The position numbers and the translations under genes were made by a program. A DNA stretch of 64,000 bases, taken from Utricularia gibba (lineage: Eukaryota > Plantae > Magnoliophyta). The stretch spans positions 1,178,001 to 1,242,000 of the forward strand of contig NEEC01000017.1 in assembly GCA_002189035.1 (NCBI GenBank), written 5' to 3'. The notes under the pieces were generated by a model. That model worked only from the letters and a program-made list of their open reading frames with translations. It was not told the DNA's origin and did not search any database. Positions 37,915 to 51,785 of this stretch are shown piece by piece (within the stretch, counting starts at the first letter, position 1; every line of letters starts with the position of its first letter).

Positions 37915-40900
37915 TCAATCTGCAGAGGAGCTTAGTGCGGCAACAACAAGACCAGTAGTCTCAAAAGTTGAAGCCACATCAGGGTATCCTTTCCAGGAAG
38001 TGTTGATCTTAAGAGAGGGATACAGCCAACTTCTCATGGAGGATATGAATGAATTGGGGTCGGGCTCAAGGATGGCTTCCCAGTCTACCTGAAAACCTTC
38101 AGGAATGGTACCGGTGAATTCCATATTAGAAGCAAGGAGGAGTCCGAGTAGCACAATAAGCCCAATGACTGCAGACCCTCTTGTTAGTGGCATGAAATTG
38201 TACCTGAGATGAGGGGAGTGAATAAGAAAATGTTAAAGCATCAAAAGAAGGATATTGAAGTGTGTTCAAATTTTAGCTTTCTCATGGAATAGTTCAAGGC
38301 TGTTCTCACCAGTAATACGTCATCCTTAAAATAGCCTGTCTCACATTCTCAAGTGCATCAAAATCTGTTGTCCCAAAACTCTCACCACAGACAGCTTGAC
38401 ATACTGCCTGCAACATGCAATGACTTTTTCAATGTTTCCAGACGAGGGCACCTAAATTTGTCACAATGTTTACAACAATTCATGTAATTAATTCAGGTAA
38501 GATTTTCCTTAAACAGCTATTGAGGCACCCATCACCAGTACGGTTTGAACATTTGATATCCCTATACGAGATGGAGGGACATGGCATTAAGCCACACAAA
38601 CATGGGAAGCTGCAAGGACGCTATTGTTTAGAAGGTGGCTAGGGAGGATACGATGCTTCACAAGAGAAACTGGCAAGGAGGCTATAGTTTACGGTGTAAT
38701 TCACAAGCCTGCCAAACGCTTAATAACTAATCCCTAAAAACAGAGGCATTACACAATCAGAGAACAAACCTCCCACGCACAAGACATCTCCTGTTCGAAG
38801 TCCTCCCACCTAGAAGGTGGACTAGGTGTCCGAATACAAAAATCAAATCCAGTTTCGCCCCTGAATAAGCATGTCAAAAACATAAACAAATAAGTGATAT
38901 AAGAAAAGGAAGCACTGAGATACTGCCCACGTAACAACAAATAGTAGTGGGGAGGCAGCCTACGATTTTGTGAGGCAGATCCTAGTTCCATCAAGACGCT
39001 TGCTGTTCAAAAGTAGTTTTGATGCGTTAGATGAAGTGTCACTATTCAAGAAATTATATTCTTAAAACATGAAAAATCATACCCCTCGAATTTCATACTA
39101 TTGCACCAAGTAGCCAGCCAGAAGTCCTGACCTACAGCTTTGTAAAGCTCAGAGCATGATTGTGCATTTATTATCTGGGCAAGCAAATAAGTGCCATTAC
39201 ACAAAGTCCCAAAAACACAATCAGCAAAAAGAAGCCGGTCTCTTCTCCCAACACCAAGGCAAGCAAGAAGAGAGTATGCGATAATGAGCATTAATATGAG
39301 CTGAGAGAAATTAAAAATGTGAAGACTTCTTCGTGATTGCCATACTTACTTCAAGCAGTTTTGCTTCTTTCAGGAAGATTATGCTATCTGTCATGTCGTA
39401 CACATACTTATTTTCCTTCACCACTCCTTTGGCAATATCAAACACTCTGCAGATTACATAGATGAAAAAATTACTGCAGCGGTTCTCTTAGAATTTGAAG
39501 GGGATATGCATGGAGATCATGTAAAGCTTTACCTCTTATAATATGAAAAATAACGTGCAACCTTCGAATGACCGAGCACTAGAGGATTCTGGGGTCCAAA
39601 TCCTGAACTGAAGTCCTCGCTGAAGATCAAGATGGCCGATCCATTAGAAATCAGCAGGCAAACTTTTGCCATATACGAATGAAGTAAGATTTTAATTCCC
39701 ACAGGACGTCATCAGGTCAAAATTGTACCGTGTCTAATCTACAGCTGGCAATCCCAATTTGAGTTTGAAAAACATTCATAAGCAAACAGGCTATTTCAAG
39801 TACCTTAACTTGTTTACCCAAAAAACTGGGTCACATGGTTCAGAGATCTGTCTCCACTTGATGGCAAACGAATAAACACTATGCCATGGTGAAGTAGGGC
39901 GCTTATATGACCCATCTTCAGCAGCATTCAGTGAAGTGGATGTTTCAGAGAACCTGCTAGTGCTGCACCCAGCCCCTCCCCTATTTTGAGATGGAAGGTT
40001 GAGCATTTCCTTTCTCCGGACCTTCTTGGCATGCTTTTGCAAACCTTTAGATGAATTTTTCCATTCAGTTTGAAGAGAACGCCAAACCTTAACAACCTTT
40101 TGTGCAATCTCAATAACAGCCAGTCCTGCCATTCGGTACTGTTCAAGCCAACAGTAGATTATTAGTAGGTAGATACAAAGGCTATAAATGTGTTCGCTAG
40201 AGCAGGGAAGACTATGATTATTTCATTGAAGGTCATGATTATTTCCACCCATGACCAATTAAAGCATCATCTACAGTCACCTGACGTTTATTGTGCAAAA
40301 ACCCAGGGGCACTGTACTGGATCTTCTTGCCGATGGTATCTGCAGCATGTAAAAGTATTGTCTTTTGTTTTGTGGGAGAAAAATCCTGCTTTTTCAGCTT
40401 CCCCTTTCTTGCAGAATCTCTCAAAGGAGGTTGCCGATATACTTTCTCACATACGGCTTTTGGATGGAGCTTTTTACACCAGTATTCCTGGGGCGGGAAC
40501 AGAAAATCGCATGGCTCAGGACAAAGAGTGTCCATTGAGTTCAGTCTTTCCCAACACACCATTGCAAGTAAACAAAAATTAATTATTAAAATTATGTTGA
40601 AACACTGAACGATGGTTCACCAGGAATGAAACACAAACCATGCTGCCAGCACTGAAATTCATAAGGGTATACATTGAACAGCTTGAGATCAAGCACCCAT
40701 CCAAGTGTCTGTTGGGCCCAGAAACATACAAATTTGAATTATGATTCCTAAGCACTACACAAATCATGAAACCAGGGATACTAAGCTGACAAAACAATTA
40801 AAAGGTCTAGATGAAATCACCATTTGTATTTTACCTTAAACAGGGGGTCTATATCGCCATCAAGTTCAAACCAGGAAAATTCTGTGTTAAACTTTGAGGC

Positions 40901-43900
40901 AGTGTATAGTGCAATTTCTTTCTGCAAGTACAAGTTGTCGACGAAAATATAATTATACCGACATCAGAATCTATGTAAAGAAGGATTAAGCTCATGAATA
41001 TCAAGAGAGATTAGTACCAACAAGAGCAAACTCCCAATCATACATAATTTTAGGAAGCAAGTTAGATAAATAGTGAATATCTTCCATGATTTATCCATAT
41101 GTAACAAAAAAGTCGGCCCTTCAGTAAACCATCAATTGAAAAAACAATTAAAAAATTCACTTTACTCAAGGGCAGCAAACAAACAATAAACGAAATGACT
41201 TCTGAAATTAAGTCATGAAAGAGAAGAAAAGGAAAGGAAGGGAAGCTTGTGAGATGATAACCTGGTAGAATGCTAAGCATTGGATCACGAACTTCTCCAT
41301 TGAATCCAATTCAAGGTCCAATGCAGCATCATAATCTTTTATCTACATCGTATAAATGGCTTCATTAGTGCAACTTTGGTAAACCTATAGAATGAAAGAA
41401 ATATTAATGTATCAAAAAGACTCACCGCCTCTTTAAATTCTCCAATAGCATGATAACAAGAGGCTCTTAAATATAGGCATTCAATATTTGAATCTTCGAT
41501 ATTTAATCCATTAGATAAATCCTTGATTGCATTCCTGCAGACAAAAATTACAAAAATAATGAGATACAATGATGCTGTAGAATAGTATAGGTATTGTAGT
41601 ACAAGAATTTCCAAAAAAATCAACAAATGAATTACAATACCAACCTATGCTCACCCATCCCATGGAGGAGAAGTCCACGCAGGTGATGTGCCTTCACTGA
41701 CCTAGAAAAGACATCACAGAACTCTGAATACCGTCTTGAAAAAACTAAGATAACCTACTGACCATTATGGGGAGAAGTAGCATGTATTGACCACAATCAA
41801 TACCTGTGATCAATTCTTAGAATCTCATGAAGACACTGTAGAGCCCTTTCAGAATTTGCCATGTCTTGATAAAACTAAAAAATGACCAGCATTATCCTAA
41901 AATTGGTTTACATTCAATACAGAGCACGGTAAACTTTAAGCCAACCATAATCTTGTAAGCTCCATTTACCCTGAATTATCTCATGTATTGTTGGTTATAT
42001 AGATTAATATGTCATAAAATTGGCATTGATCCCCAATCACATAATTTTGAGTCACATATTTAGCAACCAGAACTTAGCAAAAAACAACAAAGCACTTTCG
42101 ATTTAACATAAAATGATCTGGTGAACAATGAAAAAACGTAGCATAAGCCACACACTATTCGCTGATGGATACCTGAGCTAGATGAGTCCAAGCCTCAAGA
42201 AAGCTTTTGTCAATTTGGATTGCTTTCATATGAGCTTCTTCAGCACGTTTATAGTCACCAATTGAAAATAGAGCCAAACCCTATCAAAACAAGTTAGATC
42301 AACACAAATCATTTTTGGTTCTCCTTCAGTTGTATTGCTGCATCTAAACAAACCTAGCTGCTCGGGACTCACCAAGTATGTGAATGCTGATTTGTTATCC
42401 TTCTCAACCTCTACACAAGCTGATAAGTCTTCAACAGCAGCTTCAAAATCCTTGAACTTAAAATTCACTATTCCTGCGTGAACAATTATAAGAACTCTTC
42501 AATACATATACAGCACTAACTAGTATAATAGGGATGAAAAAGGTACGAAAATACCACAACAAAAATCCAGAATTTCCACAAGCCTCACAACAACAACAAC
42601 AAAACCAGAAAAAATCCTAAGAATTACAGAATGGAGACACTGGCGTTTTAATGACCCCTCAAACAGAATTCTAAAAAACCATATCAATCCAAGTACCCCG
42701 TTCATGCAATATATCAGCGCACTTTGGCTCAAACTCCAATGCTTTTGTCAAGTCTGCTATTGCCTGTGGAAAGAATATGATCAGAGTTTCTTTTGTTGTA
42801 AAGCTAAAGCAGAAATTTTCCCAGCACTATACAATGCAACCTTCCAAAAGTGTAGCTTCAGGGGTTCCAATGCAATTTAATTAAATATATCTTTAAAGGA
42901 TATTATCACTTCTCTTCAAGGCCAAATCCGACACAGTAATAACAGAAATATTTTTCTCACATTATTTACTCCAAAAAAAGCCTCTTAGTGTGAATAAACA
43001 GTCTATTGCGTTCAAGTGGAAATCAAGCTAACGGTAGTCCTGGAAAAAATGCTTTGAACAACTGACATGAGATTGGACAGAGAACATGAAAAAAAATCAA
43101 TACTTGTTAGGCAGGTAATACAAAATATGAAACTCGTGATCATATGCAGTGAGAGATACTCATGACTATGATATGGTATGGAGCTCATAATCATGACAAA
43201 ATATCCTGTTGTACCAACTTGAAGGTAAAAGGGCTTATGTGAAAATTAACTGATCGGGAGATTTAAGACACAACAGAGCTCTTGAAAGAGTTAACACTAT
43301 ATCCAAAAAATGCATCTAGATGAGCCGCGGCCTTTTCACTTAAAAAATCTAAATTGATGCATAACCAGACTGGCTGACTGCCACGATTTTTTAGGGAAAA
43401 AAAAACCTTAGCTGATTCTCCCAGTGCAGCTTGGGCTTGCCCCTGCGCTTCCAAGCCTCAGCAGCTGATGGATTAGATTCTATAGCCTGCAACATAATCA
43501 TCTTCAACTTCAGGAACCAGAAACAGGGATGTGTCCTTCGTGTGGGATTGCTTCAACCATTACCCTTGAGAAATCAGCAATAGCAGCATGCAGATCCCGT
43601 TGAAATGCATAAGCTGTACCTCTTCCAATTAAAGCCTCAGGGTAGTCAGGCTCCTGTTCTAGTATCTGTATAACAAACAGATGGATCAAACATGTCAATG
43701 TAAATACGGGCAGCTTTTATATAATTTAATTCTCATAAGTCTAGAATGGACACAATATAGAGCCATCCACCTTGTCAAAAATGGATATTGCATAAGCGTA
43801 TTTCCCATCGTTGACCTGGAAAGAGTGATTCATGTTACTTGATTAAGACAATTGCAAAATCATGATTTTTTATTAAAAAAAATAGAGATGGTTTACCTGG

Positions 43901-44985
43901 GCAATACCTCTGGACAATCTGAAATCCACATTAACAGACTTGCTTTTTGAAAAACTGAGCCTTTTATTCCCACTGACCTTCTCAAGTAATTCATTTTCAA
44001 GTTCAGACAAAGTTAACGACTCGCAGCTTATATCATTGAAGTCAAAGGGTTCATCTTCATTTGAATCGGATGAGTCACTCAACAAAGACTTCAACAAATT
44101 ATCAGTCGCCTGACTACCTACAGATAGAGCACTTTTATGGCTTTCACTTGGCTGACTTACATAGTTTTTATCCCCTTCCACATTAAGACTTGATTCAGAT
44201 TGCAACTCAACATGGGAATCCACTTTTTCACTTAATGATCTTTTTGATGTCCCATTAGATTTGCAACAATTGTCAGTCATTCCATTGGACCTCAAGCAAG
44301 AAACAGACTGAGGTGACTCTATATGCTTCTCACAAGAAACAGAACCATTTGACTTAGAGCCTCTCAGGAACTCTTCCAGCTCCAGAAGATGCTTAATATC
44401 TGCAGATTCTTGAACAGCATGCATGTAACCTTTCTCCCAGACTGAGATTGCTTCTTCCTTTCTTCCTAGAGCGGACAGAGCACGCCCTGAAATAAAGATA
44501 ATTCCTGTCATTTTCCGCACCCCGCAGCTCTGAGCAGAGTCCGAAAACGAGAAAGGAGTTACAGGGATTCAAAAAGTGATATTCATTAAAATTTTGAAAA
44601 TTTTAAAACTCAAAAGTCCGAGTCGCACTTGATCAATTTTCAGCTGCCACCAAGTCACGGCATTAGAAACAAACCTTTAAGAATATAGGCCTGCACAAGC
44701 TTCGGGTCGAGCTGCAGTGCCTCATTACAGTCTTTGATGGCATGCTTGTGCAGCTCCAACTGACTATAGCAAAAAGCTCGATTGCTAAACACCGAAAAAA
44801 GAACACACATTCGTCAGAAAAAAAGAAGAAGAAACAAAAGAAAAACAATGAGAGCTCGCATACCATAGATCCTGTATGGCGTAAGATTGGGAGAGAAGGG
44901 AATCCAAAACTCGTATAGCTTTGGACCAATCCTTGGAGCCGCAGAGCCTAGCGAGCTCCATCCGCTCAGCCACCCCCGTTGACAT
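37915..44985 (-). CDS. SRFR1: SUPPRESSOR OF RPS4-RLD 1, TPR protein (multi-exon)
   Basis: MSTGVAERMELARLCGSKDWSKAIRVLDSLL; TPR exons (NRAFCYSQLELHKHAIKDC, EALIGRGTAYAFQRDL, EAWKRRGQA); C-terminal YYWYNFMPLTRGSA...DWEAIL...SWLYPSLK. Confidence 0.95.
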
Positions 44986-46146
44986 TGAAAGAAGAAAACA
45001 GCAATTGGCACAGAAAAAGCGAAGACTCCGATCGGAACTTTGGTCAACAACCGATTAACGGATCCGTGTGCGAGACGCCGGGAGATAGGAAGGCGGAGAC
45101 GGAAAACCCAAAATAGGATAACAGACTCGAAATTGAAATGGATTAACACTATTGGGCCATTCAATGGCCCAAATCTTTCAAGAGTTCCAGCCCAAGCCCA
45201 TAAATTATCAAAGAATGGGTATTCTTGTAATTGCACCGGAGCATACACCGTGGTCCACCATAACAAAGGTGGACTGTCTGTGCTTCTGCTTTTTGTTTTT
45301 TTGTTTTTTTTTTAAATATTAGAAAAGCATTTATTCGTTGCACGCTGTGATCGTGTCTCACACGCCTGCCTCCCGACACGAATTCAACTTTAGGAGGGTT
45401 ACACTTTCCTTTATTACACATAAATACAGCAACGTGCAAAAATATAAATTGCTGTCATGATTCTTTCATGTAACAACATCTTAAAATCTAATATGATAAC
45501 ATACTTTGGTCTGAATTATTACATTAAATAAAATATATATATAGAGAGAGTAGAAAATATTAAGGGTTTGTTATTTATAATTTTATGAATTGATTCTATT
45601 TAATTTTTTAAAATTCTAATATTTAATCATTTTGTAGTAAAATTAAAAATTTAAATTATTAATTAGTTTCAAAAATTATTTAATTTATTAAATTTTTATT
45701 TTATTAATTAAATAATATATTAACTATAAAATTTTAATATTCAATTTTTATCTATTTTAAAAATATATTTTATATTATAATATATAAACTTTATAATTTA
45801 ATATATTAAAATTTATAATAGATATTTTTAATTTATTAAATTTTATACTATACCAAAAAATAATTTTACAATTTTAAAAATTATTCTATTCATATAATTT
45901 AAAATTTTATTTTATTTTACATAATCTAAAACACGATTCAAAATTATAAAACAAACCCTGATATCTAATTTTATTTAAACATCAAGCTTTGAAATTAAAT
46001 ATGTCTGATACAAAATAATATTTTAGTAGAGATAAAATACATAATTTTCATAGAGATTAAATTTACGTATGGACCATTCGCCCAAAGTCCAATTTCATAA
46101 AATAAGAGAAAAGAACTAGAGAGAGAAAAATACTAAAAATTCCCTT

Positions 46147-46911
46147 TCATGGGAGATGCTTTATCCATTCCAATGTTCTTTGACGAGTGAGCTGCGTTTT
46201 CACCGCCGCCTTTTTCGCGATCGCCGGCTGCTCTATTTCCCCGCCGTCGCGCTCGCGTCGGAAAATCATGACTCTTGAAGTTGAAGCCAGAGTGTCAACT
46301 GCGTCGATGGAGCAGTATCTGCATCCAGGAAGAAATGTTGCTCTAATTTTCTTCGTCCTGACGCTACTGGCAGAGCTTCCGCGGCTGCTGGTGCTGTTCC
46401 GGCTACCCGAAATCCTGTTCCGATGCCTCGGTTTAAAGTCCTGGAACGTCAACTCTGGCGGCGGCGTGAATAATCCCAGCCGAAAAATGTTCCACGATGA
46501 CGGTTTCTGTGGCTGATGAAGATTCCACCGGATACTCTCACGAATTCTCGGCGAGGGGCTCGGGTGTGACAGAAGTTGGTTCCACGTCCGCGGCGGTCTG
46601 AGAGCGTAATTGTTGCTGGTTCTCGATGAGATAACGGAATGGTCGAGGGAATGGGATCGGGAAACTGGGCGGCAGCGGGATTTGTCGCCGGAGCTGTAAG
46701 AATGCCGGAAAGGGACGATCCTCCCCTGGAAAAAGACTTCATCGGCGGTGCACATCTGGGATTCTCCCAACACAGAACCGAACTCGAAATCATCGGGATT
46801 CTGCAGCTTGGATCCTACTGAATTTTCAGCGCCGTTTGCTTGCGAATGCAGAAGAGGGAGATCACTTAGAGACAAAGCATCATCATCTCCTTGTTCTGCT
46901 CCATTCCCCAT
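46147..46911 (-). CDS. At5g67350-like intronless protein (motifs shared with BKI1/MAKR-like proteins), 254 aa
   Basis: DALSLSDLP, DFEF, MCTADEVFFQGRIVPFRHS, HPSPSPRIR, WNIFRLGL and the terminal RQRTLEWI match recalled At5g67350 blocks. The start is taken at the ATG at 46911. Confidence 0.8.
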   Translation of the reverse strand: MGNGAEQGDDDALSLSDLPLLHSQANGAENSVGSKLQNPDDFEFGSVLGESQMCTADEVFFQGRIVPFRHSYSSGDKSRCRPVSRSHSLDHSVISSRTSNNYALRPPRTWNQLLSHPSPSPRIRESIRWNLHQPQKPSSWNIFRLGLFTPPPELTFQDFKPRHRNRISGSRNSTSSRGSSASSVRTKKIRATFLPGCRYCSIDAVDTLASTSRVMIFRRERDGGEIEQPAIAKKAAVKTQLTRQRTLEWIKHLP

Positions 46912-48705
46912 GAGTTCCCAGAGAAGACTCGACTCCAAAAGCGTGTAACAGAAAGAAAGACAAGAGAGCTGGTGGTTGCGGGATATAAATTGCAACTGGA
47001 GGAGACAGACAGGCAATGGCCTGGCCTTAGTGCATGCTGCTGCTGCTGCTTTTATTTCGTTTCTTGATGGCTCTACAGATTTGAATCCCCGACTGATGGC
47101 CAGTCCTCGTCCTTCTCTCCTGTATGCTTCCTTTGCGAGAATCAATGCTGTGTGCCCCCTTTTGTAAGAATTTCAAAAGAAGAAAAATTATTTGCCAAAT
47201 AATGCTAATTTCAAAATATGATCATAATATTGTAATGTTTTTAAATGTGCGTAAACAATATATAAAATGAATTATATTAAATGATAATAATTTTCACTGA
47301 TTGTAAAATTGGATAACACGATGGAATTAGTAAGTTTAGATCATGATATGTTACTAAAATACTCTCACTCAGTTAATTAACTATTTCCAGCAATTTTATT
47401 TCAAGTTCGCCACATTTGGGCACGATTGCAGACTTTTAAATGGTGGTCCGATGCCAAGATTTGGGGGAAATGGTGTGGATAGCAACGGTGGATTGCACAA
47501 GCATGCTACACTTTAAAAGCATTTTCAACGGTTTTTATGTAAGTCTACGAGATAATTTCGTTTATTAGATTTTATCATTATATGGATATAGTTTTGTTTC
47601 TGGATTTTCACTAAATGGAATTTTTATTTTCATTATATAAATCCATTAAAATGAACACAAAAAAATATGATATTTCAATTTCTAGAAATGATTTATGTTA
47701 CGAAAATGATTGTAAATAAAATAAAAATTTAATAACTAGATTTCTGAAAATATAGTAAAATTAACTTTTCTATCTACACTATGATGATGAATTATTCATC
47801 GATTTTGAAGATATAATTATGTTGATGTTAAGGATATCTACATCGATATGTTAGATATGAGCATTTTTTTGTTGTAATACGTTCATGAAATTGATGTTTT
47901 CTATGGTTATAAAAATGTCTAATTGATTAATGTATGGATAAATATTGTTAAGAGTATTAAAATAACTTATTGTAGTCTCCAGTTACTAATTATGCCATGT
48001 GATCAAATTTTACAATCAGTAAAAATTATTATAATTTAATATAATTCATTTTATACATTGTGACTGCACGTTTAAAATAAATCAATCGCGGTGAAATACA
48101 AGACTTTTTAAATGGCCACTTCTTCACTCAATACAACAAAAGAAGCAATGATCCCAGGGGTACTACATGCAGGTATTGAATTGTGTTTGGGGATTTGAAT
48201 GAATAATAAAATTACAGCTCTTGATCAATCGCTGTTTCTGAGGCCTGAATCGCCCGCAGAGGATTCATTTCTCCACAGTAATTTTTGTATGATGAAAACA
48301 GAGGAGATGGTGGAAAAGGGAAAATTGGGCGGTCGGGTGGAAAAAGTTGGAGTAGCAGCATTGTGGATGTCGGGAAACGCGTTCATTTTGTTCGAGGACA
48401 GTCAGCATTCAGCAATGTCATCATCTTCACTGTTCCGACACAACCTCGTCTTTAACACCCATGTTACAGTTCTTGTTTCTGCAATCACCACACGCTTGAC
48501 CGGAATTTTAAAATGGAAAATAATTAGAAAGCCCAACTCGTCCGCGTCTGGTTTCCGCTTGTCTGAGATGGATTTCTCCTGTGAAATGGGCCAACCGTGG
48601 ACAGCGCTAGATTTTTAGAAGATGGGGGTCATCGGAATTCGGAACAAGGTTCAGCCCAGCCCCATCTGGGTTTCAAGCTTGCGCACCCGGAAAAGGTCTG
48701 CGCAA

Positions 48706-50816
48706 ATGTCACCGCATGGCCCTGGGACTATCAGCCGGCTTCTGTATCGCCGGCGTCCTCCAATCGCATTATTTCTGGCAACGGGTATTCCGGTGAGCTC
48801 CGATGGATCATATCGAAGTTCCCTTTTCTTCTTATATCCGTATTTCTTGACTACGCGGTGGCTGAGCATCAATTCCGAGTGGCTGGATCCACGTGGATTT
48901 GGTGGAATGAACGCCTATGACGTTCTCGGGGTATCTCAGACCAGCTCCTTTGAGGATATCAAGGCTTCTTTTCGAAAATTGGCCAAGGAGACACACCCTG
49001 ACACGGCTAAGTCGCGAATACACTCCTACGATGCTAAGAAATTTCTTCTAATTGTCGCTGCTTATGAGGTAAACTCATCTTCATCTCATCAAAGAAATCT
49101 TAGCTTTAGTAGACGGGAAAAGCGGTTTGTTTGATGAAATGAGACATTTTCGTGAAAGTTGCGATTTTTCCGCATGCTCTTGCGGGTATGAATGAAATTA
49201 GGGCCAGGATTTTGGTCGACACTTTGATTTTTATGATTAATTTGATTGATTTCAGGTTCTTTCAGACTCCACAAGGAGAGCTCATTATGATCGTTACATT
49301 TTGGCTCAAGGAAATATTGGTCAGAAATTACCAGGACAGTATGATACTAGTTTTAGTCACAATTCTTGTAGAAACTCTTCGGATGAGGAAGTAGTTGAAT
49401 GGATGAAATGGTACAGATACACAATCAGGGATATTTTGTCTGAAAGAAGAGTGATTGCTGGATCTGGATATTTTGATGTTTTGGAGAGGAATTTTTATTC
49501 AGCTCTTCATGCTGCTTACTTTGGACCTAACATAGATCCTATTGATTTTCTTCCTAACTGTTTTGAAGCTGAGGAAAGGTCTACGCATTCTACATCAGAG
49601 GTACTACACCTGGTTTCAGGTCGATACGTGTTTGGAATGGTTTGCCTAGGTCGACATGAATTAAAGGAGAAACTTGAATCGTCTTCAAGGAGTTCCAAGA
49701 ATTTGGGTGAGACCTTGTCTACTCAACTTCAATTTGATGCAGCTGAAAGTAAGGGTCCGGATAAGCGATTATCGTATGAGGAGTGCAAGTCTTCCGATGC
49801 ATACAGTGATCTAGAGTTACTCATTTGTGGGAGAGTTGTTGCCAAAGCTAGAAGGGTTCTGTCTAAAGAACATGAGGACTCTGAAGACCAAATTTCTGTT
49901 TTTCTCAATGTGCAAGACGGTCAGGCGAATGCTTACTCTGGAGATGAGAGTTCTCCAGGTGGATCAGGGGATCCACTTGGGATCATTAAAGGCTTGGGAA
50001 CTTCTTCAGAAGAAGCAGCATGCTATGTTTACAACTCGAATGGCATGAAGACCCACATGATCATGAAGCATAGGACATTCCTGGTCAAACAGCTAATCTC
50101 TGCATTCACGTGTGGATCTTTGTTTTCTGATTTCCAGCATGTGGAGTGGAGTTACTCATAAATGAGATTCATGTATGCTTCAGGTGAAGCACTTGCACTG
50201 GTTTCGAATTGGGGACAATGTTTCAGTTTGTGAATGCAGATGTAGTCGGGCCCGTTTGCCTCCAAGCAAGTAAGTGGCTAATGCTACTGAAGTTGCGTTT
50301 GATAAAATTACTTTTATGTAAATATTGCTATACTTTGAATCTTTCTTCAAAAATTTTCAAACCACTACTCTCTGAACTGCCAACTCAATGCACTCTACTT
50401 TCTCTGCTCAAAGGTATTGGCTCTTTGAGCCACGCAGTGCCATGCATGATACGGGAGGATGGTATGTTGAAACATTTGGAAGAGACTATGAAAGAAATAC
50501 TGTTCCATCCCAAAGGCGCTGGAGTGATTTTGATAATACTGAGAAGTAAGTTTTTGACCAAATTTAAGCCATTCTTTGTTCTGTTCTTCAGAACTCTTGC
50601 TCAAATTATATTTAGAGGGGTGCCTTTCAGCTTGGTTATCAGAAAACTTATTTTTCGAAGTGTCATCACAGGAGACTTCACCCAGCTATCTACCTGCTCA
50701 CTTTGGCCTATAGGACTCTTGATATTGAACATGCTATCAGAACAAAAATGTCAATCAAGAAAAGAGTCGAGGAAAAGATGTCCAGGGCTTTCAGCTGGTA
50801 CAAGAAAGTTTCCTAA
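48706..50816 (+). CDS. DnaJ-domain protein (At4g37480-like)
   Basis: J-domain NAYDVLGV...FRKLAKETHPD...AYE|VLSD..RRAHYD; later exons CECRCSRARLPPSKYWLFEPR..MHDTGGWYVET and RLHPAIYLL..AYRTLD; stop 50814-50816. An alternative upstream ATG is at 48622. Confidence 0.9.
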
Positions 50817-51785
50817 TTTGCTCGTCCAATTTCATGGATATCTTCCAGGTTTACTAGAGCATCAGGATCACTCCATTTCCTGTCCGCTGCATCAAAAAAT
50901 GATGTAAATAATGCTCAAATTACAGAAGGTATACATTCATAAACTGCTGCTGTTTAAGTGGCCGGCGTCCTCTAGATTTGGTAATGCTGGAACTGTGTTG
51001 GGTGTACAAGCGTTTTATGTTCTTTGTTTACGTGTAAATATGAAGGCTGGTCCTGAACCTGGGATTACTGCTCTAATTATCTCATCATTCCAAAAGGAAA
51101 AGCTCCATTTATGAAAAAAAAAAACTCCAAGTTCCATTGCTCATCATCATGTCAATCACCGCTGGGGCCATGAACCCACCTGTTTTTTCTTCCTCTTCAA
51201 CAAAAGTGTAGATCTTGAATAGACTGTACAACAGAAGAGGGCCCAAGCCACATTGTCTCACTGTTGCCTCCTCCTTTATGGTCTTCGATTCTGCTTTACT
51301 ATGTTGAAATAAAGCATCTTTATGATCAAGTGTAAGTACAATAATCCAAACACTTGTAGCTGTTTCATTCCTGCAAAGGATGTTGCCTTGCTTCTCTTGG
51401 GATACAATTTTTTATGCATTGCCTTTCTAGGATACATGCGCAATTCACTATTTGATTTATCAGCTCAACTGGCGATCAGGAAAAGTCCAAAAACATAATA
51501 GCTAAAATGATGTGGAACTTCTTTGGCAGCTGGCACATGTGTTACCCACCACACGATATGTTTCATACCCAATCTTCTTAATATTCACATCCCTAACCTG
51601 CAGTTCCGTATCCCACCAGATATTTTCTTAATCTTTTTGATATTTCTGAGGATTGCAATTAGCGCTGATGATAATATAGTTTATTGACATGTGTGTGAAC
51701 CTGTGGACTAAGATTCTGATCAGCAGTGGTTTCATGGAAGGAATTTTGTGGAAGTGGCAATGAATAGAGGTGGATAAGCAGAGAG

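Noticed and set aside
38245-38256. ATATCCTTC on the minus strand (and ATATCCTTT near 42895-42903), resembling U12 donors in SRFR1
   Set aside because: Both lie inside ordinary GT-AG introns whose flanking exons already join in frame.
45480-46060. Extremely AT-rich tract
   Set aside because: No TIRs, TSD or periodicity found; treated as an ordinary AT-rich spacer or decayed repeat.
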